Assembly (NCBI GenBank): GCA_018676675.1
Contig: JABHEG010000146.1
Coordinates: 1,207 to 65,206, forward strand
DNA from: Lentisphaerota bacterium
GTDB lineage: Bacteria > Verrucomicrobiota > Lentisphaeria > Oligosphaerales > JABHEG01
DNA: 64,000 bases
Direction of reading: 5' to 3'
The notes beneath the pieces were generated by a model. The model was not told where the DNA came from. It saw only the letters and a program-made list of their open reading frames with translations, and ran no database searches. Below are positions 37,489 to 45,580 of this stretch, in pieces. Positions within the stretch are counted from its first letter, which is position 1. Every line of letters starts with the position of its first letter. The position numbers and the translations under genes are program-made.

Positions 37489-39498
37489 ATGGTCCCGGAT
37501 ATTCACAGGAGTCTCTTCATCGCTCTGCTGTTGTCCATCAGTGGGGCGTCCTATGGGGCCAGGAATGAGGCAATGATTGCTGAAGTGACGTCAGGCAAGC
37601 GCCACGAGGCACGGGCTTCCTGGTGGGGAGGGGAGCCGACGGAGTCGACTGTTGCACTGCAGGCCGCCATTGATTCCGGCGTGCGCAAACTGGTTATCGA
37701 CAATGTTGGGGCGCCCTGGATCGTGGACAAGATCAGGCTCATGAGTGATCAGGAACTTGTGTTCGAGGAGGGTGTGGTGGTGCTGGCGAAGAAGGGGGCG
37801 TTCAAGGGCAAGACGGACGCGTTGTTCAGCGCCAGCCTCAAGAAGAACATTCGCCTCATCGGGTATGGTGCTGTCCTGCGCATGCACAAGGGCGACTACA
37901 CCACCGATGCCTACGAGAAAGCCGAGTGGCGCCACACGCTTAGTCTGCTGAGCTGTGACAACGTCCAAGTGCGTGGGTTGACGCTGGCCGACAGCGGAGG
38001 CGATGGAATCTACCTAGGCGTGGCCAAGCGTGGCGTCCCCTGCAGCAATATCCACATCAAGGATGTCATCTGCGACAACCACCATCGACAGGGCATCAGC
38101 GTGATCAGCGCCGAGAACCTGCTGATCGAGGATACGGTCATGAAGAACACCGCGGGAACGAACCCGCAGGCCGGAGTCGATTTCGAGCCCAATCATCCCG
38201 GCGAACGGTTGGTCAATTGCGTGATGCGCAACTGCCTTTCCGAGAACAACGTCGGTGGCGCCTACGCCCTGTATGTCGTGCCCTTGGACGGGACCTCCGC
38301 GCCCATGTCCATCCGGCTCGAGAACTGCCGAGGAACAACCAGCGCTTTCGGTCTCAATCTGCTGACGAGCAACGGTGGCGACGGCGGGTCGCCACGTGGC
38401 ACAGTCGATGTCGTGGGCTGCACGTTTGCCGACATGCGTGGTGCCGGCATTGTCGTGACGAATGTGCCCGCCGAGCGGATGGCTACGCGTTTTGTCAGAT
38501 GTACCGTGACCGGCGCGGCAACTGAACAACCGGAAACATCCCCAATCATGTTGAGCACGAGGTCGGGCGCCTACGACCCCGTTGGCGACATCGCGTTTGT
38601 CGACTGCACCATCGAGGATTCGGTGGAACGCCGACCGTTGCGTTATGTGGATGTTGTCGGGGATATTCAGCTGACTGAGGTCACCGGGACGCTGCTGCTC
38701 AAGCGTAACGGTGTAACCGAGAGGGTCGCGTTGACCTCGGATGTGCTGGACGAGTGGATTCCGGCGCGCAAGCTCAAGCACATACCGCGGCTCAAGCTCG
38801 ATCTTGGCACACTCACCCCGACCGCGGTAGACCCGCCGGCCGCGGAGTTGCAGCCACAACCTGTGCGCCAGCGTCTGGCCGTCACCTACCTCCTCTATGC
38901 CCTTGCCGGCGATCCGGTGTCGCTGAGTTTCTCATACGATCAGGTCGGGCGTTACGGCGGGTCGAAAATGCCGGTGAGGGTCACCAGCCGGACCGGCGAC
39001 ATCGTTGCCACAGCGACCGTTCCGTTTCAGAAGGAAAGCACAGTGGCATTCAGGGCGCCGATGACGGGTGTGTATACAGTCACCTGCAAACCGGGGGGAA
39101 ACAGCTCGGTGCCGCGGCGTTCGAGTCACGTTCTGTGCCTGGCTCCGTCTCGTGGTTGCTTCCCATTGCACGGGTTCACGGGGCGTCTTTACTTCTGGGT
39201 CCCTCGCGGCACGACGGAGTTCGGCGTGAAAGTGTCCGGTGAGGGGGGCGAGGCGGTCAAGGCAACGGTGTTTGACGCGACTGGGACGCAGGTGTGGACT
39301 GAGGACAACATCACCGAAGCATGCATGTTCGACACGGTCCGCTCCGCCACGTCGCAGGGCGAGGTGTGGTGCGTGGAGCTCGCCAGGCCGAGCGCGGCTC
39401 CCTTTGAGGACTATTTTGTCGACCTCCGCGGCGTTCCCCCCATCCTGGGCTTCTCGCCCCAGGCGCTGCTGCAGCCCGCCCCTGTCCGTGTTCCCTGA
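37489..39498 (+). CDS. Secreted right-handed parallel beta-helix protein with a C-terminal two-part beta module
   Basis: ALQAAIDSG, SGGDGIYLG, NHHRQGISVIS and PQAGVDFEPN; AAGGAG RBS. Confidence 0.82.
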   Translation: MVPDIHRSLFIALLLSISGASYGARNEAMIAEVTSGKRHEARASWWGGEPTESTVALQAAIDSGVRKLVIDNVGAPWIVDKIRLMSDQELVFEEGVVVLAKKGAFKGKTDALFSASLKKNIRLIGYGAVLRMHKGDYTTDAYEKAEWRHTLSLLSCDNVQVRGLTLADSGGDGIYLGVAKRGVPCSNIHIKDVICDNHHRQGISVISAENLLIEDTVMKNTAGTNPQAGVDFEPNHPGERLVNCVMRNCLSENNVGGAYALYVVPLDGTSAPMSIRLENCRGTTSAFGLNLLTSNGGDGGSPRGTVDVVGCTFADMRGAGIVVTNVPAERMATRFVRCTVTGAATEQPETSPIMLSTRSGAYDPVGDIAFVDCTIEDSVERRPLRYVDVVGDIQLTEVTGTLLLKRNGVTERVALTSDVLDEWIPARKLKHIPRLKLDLGTLTPTAVDPPAAELQPQPVRQRLAVTYLLYALAGDPVSLSFSYDQVGRYGGSKMPVRVTSRTGDIVATATVPFQKESTVAFRAPMTGVYTVTCKPGGNSSVPRRSSHVLCLAPSRGCFPLHGFTGRLYFWVPRGTTEFGVKVSGEGGEAVKATVFDATGTQVWTEDNITEACMFDTVRSATSQGEVWCVELARPSAAPFEDYFVDLRGVPPILGFSPQALLQPAPVRVP

Positions 39499-39544
39499 GT
39501 GGGAATAGCGATCACACCGGTGGCAGCGTCAACGTGGGTGGGTG

Positions 39545-39607
39545 GGGGCTGTCGTTGTCGCCCCAACGGGGCCGATCCATCGTAGTGTGGACCGCTTGGG
39601 GCAGTCC
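39545..39607. repeat. Short relative or remnant of the 25126-25394 element
   Basis: 39558-39585 is 27/28 identical to 25162-25189; flanked by ggggctgtc and ggggcagtcc. Confidence 0.65.
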
Positions 39608-39618
39608 ATTTTCCTCTG

Positions 39619-42600
39619 CTATTCCAGAAGGAGCCAGCGGGTTGCCTGCGCCGGCAGGGACAGGGTCGTTTCCGGGGCACCCCGGGCGATGATTCGGCCG
39701 GTGAACGCGTCACTGACATCACACTTCCGCGGCAACCGCAGGCGGATCTCACCCCCTCGCACCCCATGCAGGCTGATGAACGATCCATTCATGTGCACTT
39801 CCGGCCCGGGCTCAGTGACCACGTAGGCATCGGCCTCGCGGGCAACGTTGTGGAACAGTTGAGCTCCGATCCCCGCCACACTGGCGACGTAGACCGATGT
39901 CCAGTCCGGATGTCGTTTCACCGCGATCGCCACTTTGTTGTCTGAAGCGTAGCGAGCAAGCACGGTTGCGTCATCATCTTCGACCCAGAAGCGTTGCGCG
40001 TCGATATGAGCAAGCGGCGTTGAGGCGAGGGTGAAGAAACTCCGAAACACATCTCCCATCCCCTGAAGCGGGGGCAGATCTCGTGCGAGTGGGTCGCCCG
40101 AGGGTCCCACGACAGTCGGCTGCGCGGTTAGAGCCGGTGTTGTTTGAACGCCCATACCGATCAGTTCGCTGATGGTGTCGGGTGACACGCCGGCAGGAGA
40201 CACGTACCCGGGTGCGTAGTGCCACAGGAGGACGTTGCCATTCTGCTTCAGAGTCCCGATGAAGGTCCGCTCCGCTTCCGTCAAGTAGAATGCGTTGACG
40301 AACACATAGACCTTGTAGCGGCAGAGCTCGGGCTGCTGCATGAGGTCACGCAGGAAATACCCGTGCGTGGGAACGCCGGCTGTGTTCAGCGTCATGTGCT
40401 GCCATTTCATGGCGTAGGTGGCGACATTGTAGAGCCCGTACAGGGTCTTCCGTCGGCAGAAGAACGACGGTGTGTGGTAGACGAGGGCGACATCCGGTCG
40501 GAACGGTCGGGGATTGGCGGCCACGTGCTCGGCCACTCCCTTTGTCGTGCGGATTTCCTCCATGGCGGCCGGGTGGCGGTAGGTGCTGCCGCTGATGTCG
40601 TAGTACCAATAGCCCTGGCCTCGCGCAATCATCTGTCCCGTTTCCTTGCGGTTCATTGCCTGGAAATGGTCGCGTGAGAGCGGTGTGCCGATGCGCATGG
40701 TGATCAGCTCGTTGGAGATCCCGCGCAGCCAACTGCGTGTATCCATTTCCTTTATCGCGAGCTTGCCGTGAAGGGCGATCGATTCGTAGGGACAGTTGAT
40801 TCCTCCGCTGTGGCCGGGATACCGGAACTCGTAGAACGGCTGTGAGATGAAAGCGTCCAGAGCACGGCTGCCGAGAAAGGCTCTGAAGTCACCTTTCCAG
40901 CCCCCGCCCATGTGCCAGGTCAGGCCGATGATGTCCTTGCCTATCTCGTCTTTGACAACTCCGGCGAAATAGTCCTCGATTTCCCAGATGCTCTGATTCA
41001 TGAATTCGTCGTAGTCGCTGTGTGGCGTTCTACTGCGAGGATCGTGGAACATCAGCGTTCCGCCCGGTGGTGGTGGTGCTTCCGAATCCGAGAGCGGAAC
41101 CTGTGCGTTGGCGAGAGTCGCACCGGGGGTTCGCCAGGCTTTCGCCAGTGCTTCGTCGGATCCATAACGCCGCCTGAGCCACTCACGCCAGCCAAGGACA
41201 CCCGGTTCACTGTAGTCGGGCCAACCGATATAGAACTGACCATCGTGTCCGCCACTAATGAACGTCCCTGCCACCATCTTGATGTAGGGAGTCGTCTTCA
41301 GTTCACGAACGAAGGCTCGGATCACATCGGCAGCATCCTGGCGCGCCTTCCTGGAGTATGGAGAAGGCCACCAGCGCGTTCCTCTGGGCAGTTCCTCCTT
41401 GAAGCCCAGGAAATGGGTCGCGGCTCCGCAGCCCTTCCGTCCATCCTTGTCGAGCCACACGGTTTCCGGGTTACGGGTGACGTAATCTTCGGGCCAGCTG
41501 ACCTGGAAACCCAGGATCAAGTATGAGTTCGGGGCTCGTCGAGCGAATCCCTCAACCAGCGCCATCGGGGTGGTGAAGTCCGTCTCTCCTCCGACCCGCC
41601 ACACCGGTGCCTCCCCGGGCCAGTTCGGCCGGTTCGGGATATAGGTCCCCTTGCGGCTGTCCAGAAAGATGTTCAGTACCTGGAGCGGGACGTTCCCTTG
41701 CGTCTCGAACAGATGGAAGTCCGCGTGCAGTGGCGAGACACCGAGGTGCAATACCGGTGCTGCAGGCTTACCGTCAACGATCAGCTCAGAGTTTCTTGCC
41801 CCCTTGCGGACTATGGCTCTGGCGTCAGGGCGCTGTGCCAGCACCGCAAGTGCCTCGGAGCGTGTGTGCCGAGGCTGCGTCATGGTTGGGCCGGTCGCTG
41901 CAGGTTTCCACTCCGGTGACGGGAAGGTCACGTCATCTATCCAGACGGTGCATGGGTTGCCATAGAGGATGATGTGTACATAGAGCCGCTGTTCCTCTTT
42001 CGACTGGCGTCGCATGATCAGGCGCTTGTCCCATTTGCCTGGCGGAGTGTTGCGCAGCAGACTCTGGCTCTGCCACCCCGCGGCACGGTTGAGGCCGGTG
42101 TCGTCGCCGATCAGATTCCCTTTTTCGTCCTCAAAGCGCAGGTAAAGCGCCGAGGACACGGGTGCATCGTCCGCGCGGAAGTGGACAGCGTACGTCCATG
42201 TCTTCCGCCCTGGAGGGATGACCACAGGATGCGTACTGCGTATGTCGAGGTATCCCAGCCCGTTGGTCTTGGTCAGGCGCAGGGAACGGCGCCCCGTGCG
42301 AGCCGTCGTGTCGTCGATCGAGGCCACCCCAGTTGCGTCCCGGCACGGGTTGACACTCCATCCTGTCAGTTCCTTGTGATGGGCCTCAAACCCACCGTTC
42401 GGCAACAGGCTCGGCCCGAGTAAGGCGACCGCCGGCGAGGCCCACTCGAGGAGGTCGTTGAAGGTGGAATCCGCGCTGCCGCGTAGGGCGTTGGCCACGG
42501 TCAGGCGCAATGTCTTGTTCGGTCCGAGCAGGGCAGCCGTCAGGGCGGGTCTTGCCGGTTCGCCGATGGCGGTCAGAGCCCATGCCGCTGTGCACCGGAG

Positions 42601-42939
42601 TCGTTCATTGCCACTTCTCAAGGCATCTGCGAGGGCTGTGACGACGTCAGGTGTTTCCGGATGGGCTACCCCAAGAGCGTGAGCGGCAGCACAGCGGAGA
42701 GCGAGTGAGGGTTCCTCGCCAGTGAGACGTTGGACGAGCAGCGGCACGGCCTCGAGAGCGTGAGCGTGCCGGGCGGTCAGGGCGTCGATGGCGTGATACG
42801 CGGCTTCATCAGTCCCGGACTCAAGTGTCTTGAGGAGTTCCGGCAGCTCTGGAGCCGGTTGGGCCGGCAACCACAGCGCGGACGCGGTCAGGATGCCGAA
42901 GACGAGAGTGAGTTTGTGGATGGTGGGCAGTTTGGGCAT
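39619..42939 (-). CDS. Secreted HEAT-repeat + CBM-like + GH42/beta-galactosidase-like protein
   Basis: LRCAAAHALG and LRCTAAWAL repeats; LLPNGGFE...WIDDV; DYSEP....WREWLRRRY....LAKAW; C-terminal trimerisation-like domain. Confidence 0.68.
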   Translation of the reverse strand: MPKLPTIHKLTLVFGILTASALWLPAQPAPELPELLKTLESGTDEAAYHAIDALTARHAHALEAVPLLVQRLTGEEPSLALRCAAAHALGVAHPETPDVVTALADALRSGNERLRCTAAWALTAIGEPARPALTAALLGPNKTLRLTVANALRGSADSTFNDLLEWASPAVALLGPSLLPNGGFEAHHKELTGWSVNPCRDATGVASIDDTTARTGRRSLRLTKTNGLGYLDIRSTHPVVIPPGRKTWTYAVHFRADDAPVSSALYLRFEDEKGNLIGDDTGLNRAAGWQSQSLLRNTPPGKWDKRLIMRRQSKEEQRLYVHIILYGNPCTVWIDDVTFPSPEWKPAATGPTMTQPRHTRSEALAVLAQRPDARAIVRKGARNSELIVDGKPAAPVLHLGVSPLHADFHLFETQGNVPLQVLNIFLDSRKGTYIPNRPNWPGEAPVWRVGGETDFTTPMALVEGFARRAPNSYLILGFQVSWPEDYVTRNPETVWLDKDGRKGCGAATHFLGFKEELPRGTRWWPSPYSRKARQDAADVIRAFVRELKTTPYIKMVAGTFISGGHDGQFYIGWPDYSEPGVLGWREWLRRRYGSDEALAKAWRTPGATLANAQVPLSDSEAPPPPGGTLMFHDPRSRTPHSDYDEFMNQSIWEIEDYFAGVVKDEIGKDIIGLTWHMGGGWKGDFRAFLGSRALDAFISQPFYEFRYPGHSGGINCPYESIALHGKLAIKEMDTRSWLRGISNELITMRIGTPLSRDHFQAMNRKETGQMIARGQGYWYYDISGSTYRHPAAMEEIRTTKGVAEHVAANPRPFRPDVALVYHTPSFFCRRKTLYGLYNVATYAMKWQHMTLNTAGVPTHGYFLRDLMQQPELCRYKVYVFVNAFYLTEAERTFIGTLKQNGNVLLWHYAPGYVSPAGVSPDTISELIGMGVQTTPALTAQPTVVGPSGDPLARDLPPLQGMGDVFRSFFTLASTPLAHIDAQRFWVEDDDATVLARYASDNKVAIAVKRHPDWTSVYVASVAGIGAQLFHNVAREADAYVVTEPGPEVHMNGSFISLHGVRGGEIRLRLPRKCDVSDAFTGRIIARGAPETTLSLPAQATRWLLLE

Positions 42940-42966
42940 CGCAATCTGTTCCCTGTCGATTCGGGG

Positions 42967-44064
42967 TCAGTAGGCCATGTTTTCCCGGAAAACGCCGGCG
43001 TAGTACTGGTAGTCGGCGTAGCTCACGTTTGTCGACACCGAGTGATCCGTGCTGAAGATGTAGCGAACCCCGTTCTTGCGCATGTAGTCGAGAATGCCCA
43101 CGATCTCCCGCCGGATGGCCTGTCGGTCACCCGATTCAAGGATGCGCTTGTCAAAGCCGCCGGTGATAATGAGCTTCCCTTCTGTCTTCTCCGCGAAGGC
43201 CCTGGGATCGCAGCCGGCAGCGCGTTCGAGAGGGTCAATTGAGTCGAATCCTGCCTCTCGAACCAAGTCCAACGCCTCGGTCACGCCGCCGCAGCTGTGC
43301 AGGAAGACAGCAACCCCACGGGCGTGAAGGAAATCCACGACCCGTTTGTAGTGGGGGAACAGGAGATCCGCCAGGGAGGCGGGTGAGCAGAACAGCCCGG
43401 ACTTGTAGCCCAGGTCCTCGCAGAGACGAATGCCGTCCGGCCAGCCGGCTTCGTCGAACAGGGCTTGCAGGTGCATGATCTGGAAATCGGCCATCACCGT
43501 GCAGTAGTCACGGATCCATTCGGGGTCGGCCACGAAACTCTCGTACATTGTCAGGTCGCCCATGCTCTGGCGCATGTTCTCGAACACGAAGCCGCTGTTG
43601 CACATCACCCACTTGCCCTGTTCCCGGCGTTCAGCGATTGCCTTCCGGGCCCGGTCGACATTGATTCGGGAGCGGTCGAGCTCGAGTAAGTAAGGGCGGT
43701 AGTCGCGTTCCCAGACGGCCCGGTCTGTCATGGCAAAGTCAATGTGCTCAGGCACTCCTGCGCGATGCTTCCAGCGCCTGTGAGCGGCCCCCGCCCCGTT
43801 GCGTGCCACGATCCACTCCTCAGTCTCCTCAATCACCTCCCGGTACCCACGGAGAGGCATGGTGTCGATGCTTGCTCCAATCGTCCCCCAATCATGGTCG
43901 AAATGCACCGCCGGATCAACGGGGGCGCCGTTTTCGTCCACGGGGTATCCCTGTTTTACCCAGCACTTCAGAGTCTGTGGCCACACGGGGTCCCGGAAAC
44001 CCATGCGTTCCGGAATACGCCCCTCGACCAGAGCTCGGATGATATCGACCGATGGTGATGCCAT
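42967..44064 (-). CDS. Uroporphyrinogen decarboxylase / MtaA-CmuA superfamily protein (not canonical HemE)
   Basis: EDLGYKSGLFCSP, LHSCG, GGFD and STDHSV; no RQAGR HemE motif. Confidence 0.85.
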   Translation of the reverse strand: MASPSVDIIRALVEGRIPERMGFRDPVWPQTLKCWVKQGYPVDENGAPVDPAVHFDHDWGTIGASIDTMPLRGYREVIEETEEWIVARNGAGAAHRRWKHRAGVPEHIDFAMTDRAVWERDYRPYLLELDRSRINVDRARKAIAERREQGKWVMCNSGFVFENMRQSMGDLTMYESFVADPEWIRDYCTVMADFQIMHLQALFDEAGWPDGIRLCEDLGYKSGLFCSPASLADLLFPHYKRVVDFLHARGVAVFLHSCGGVTEALDLVREAGFDSIDPLERAAGCDPRAFAEKTEGKLIITGGFDKRILESGDRQAIRREIVGILDYMRKNGVRYIFSTDHSVSTNVSYADYQYYAGVFRENMAY

Positions 44065-44106
44065 GATGTATCCTGCCTGCCTGTCGTGTACCTCTGCTAA
44101 CCCGCC

Positions 44107-45546
44107 TCAATACGCCGCCGGCTTGGGCTTGTCGCGGCAGAGGGAATCCTGCTCCGCATGCCACGCGTCCAGTTCTGCGCGCATCTCTCTGATCTGCGCC
44201 GCAAAGAGGGGGTCTTCCGCGCGGTTGACGGCTTCCCAGGGATCCTGGCCGAGATCATAGAACTCATAGTGCACGGTTCCGTTCCGGGCTGCTCTCATGA
44301 GCTTGTGCCGGTCTCGCACAATCATGGATTCGTCGTTGGCCTTCCAGAGGACCGTGTTGTCCCAGCCGTCTCCCTGTCCCCCGACCAAAGGTGTCAGGTC
44401 ACGGGCGTCCGTATCAGGAGGGACGGCTGCGCCGGCCGCGACGAGGCACGTACGGAAGAGGTCCATGCCGCTTACGTTGCGGCTGCAGCGCCGGCCTCGC
44501 TGCTTGTTACGCGGGTCGCGAATGATCAGGGGCACGTGGGTTGAGCCTTCGTAGCCTCCTCCTCCCTTGAAGAACCGCCGGAATTGCCCCATGTAGTCGC
44601 CGTGGTCGGCCGTGAAGATGACGATCGTGTTGTCCCACAGTCCTTCCTGTTTCAGCGCCTCAAAGAGTCGGCCCAGGTAATGGTCGATCATCGCGATGTA
44701 GCCGTAGTAGGCGGAGAAGACATCGCGGTAGTCGGTCTCGGACCAGCCGTCACGCTCGCGCAGGTCGCGGAATCGGTTGATCATGATCGGCTTGTCGCCG
44801 ACGGGATTGCTGAAGCCGGGTGGAAGCGGCAACTCATCAGGTGGGTAAAGGCGCTCCCAACGGCCGGGGCACAGCATGGGTTGATGGGGGCCGTAGAACG
44901 AGGTGTTGAGGAAGAATGGCTTCCTCTTGTCGCGTTCATTGCGGACGTAGTTAATCGACTCGCGTACTGCCCACGGGACCTCATGGTCTTCCTCGGTAAC
45001 GATGTTGCTGCCCAGAATAAACCGCTTCTGATCGCGATCGGGGAAACAGGCCTCGTCTTCCGTAAATCGGCGTACCACACCTTCGGGATCGTCCTTGAAC
45101 GGGCCTGTTTGCAGGTACTTCACGTACGCGGAGTCCGCGGCTTCCTCCCTGGAGTAGTTCGTGTAGGGGGCGTCGTGGCGCAGGCAGTAGCGGAATCCGA
45201 ACCTGCGGCTCATTGGCTTCAGGTGCAGTTTTCCTACCAGAGCCGTATCGTAGCCGGCATCGGCCAGCAGTTCCGGCAGAACCGGGATGTCCGGGGGCCA
45301 CAGGTCAATTTGGTTCGTCAGTTGTCCGTGGGCATCGGAATGGAGCCCCGTGAAGAGCGACGCCCGGGATGGGCCACACGCCATCGTCCCGCAATAGGCG
45401 TTTGAGAAGAGCACGCCGTCGTCCGCCAATCGGTCCAGGTTCGGCGTTTCCACCACGGGGTGCCCCAGCGTGCCCAGGACGTCGTGGCGGAATTGGTCTG
45501 CCAGGATCATGACCACGTTCGGCCGTCTGTCTGCGATGGGACGCAT
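44107..45546 (-). CDS. Cys-type sulfatase (no signal peptide), choline-sulfatase-like
   Basis: RPNVVMILADQ; CGPSR; GKLH; GPHQP; TADHGD. Confidence 0.92.
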   Translation of the reverse strand: MRPIADRRPNVVMILADQFRHDVLGTLGHPVVETPNLDRLADDGVLFSNAYCGTMACGPSRASLFTGLHSDAHGQLTNQIDLWPPDIPVLPELLADAGYDTALVGKLHLKPMSRRFGFRYCLRHDAPYTNYSREEAADSAYVKYLQTGPFKDDPEGVVRRFTEDEACFPDRDQKRFILGSNIVTEEDHEVPWAVRESINYVRNERDKRKPFFLNTSFYGPHQPMLCPGRWERLYPPDELPLPPGFSNPVGDKPIMINRFRDLRERDGWSETDYRDVFSAYYGYIAMIDHYLGRLFEALKQEGLWDNTIVIFTADHGDYMGQFRRFFKGGGGYEGSTHVPLIIRDPRNKQRGRRCSRNVSGMDLFRTCLVAAGAAVPPDTDARDLTPLVGGQGDGWDNTVLWKANDESMIVRDRHKLMRAARNGTVHYEFYDLGQDPWEAVNRAEDPLFAAQIREMRAELDAWHAEQDSLCRDKPKPAAY

Positions 45547-45580
45547 CCCGTGTCCTTCCTGAGCGTGTTCGGTGCGGCGA

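Noticed and set aside
42967-44064. Annotation as hemE
   Set aside because: Lacks the HemE signature and any heme-pathway context.
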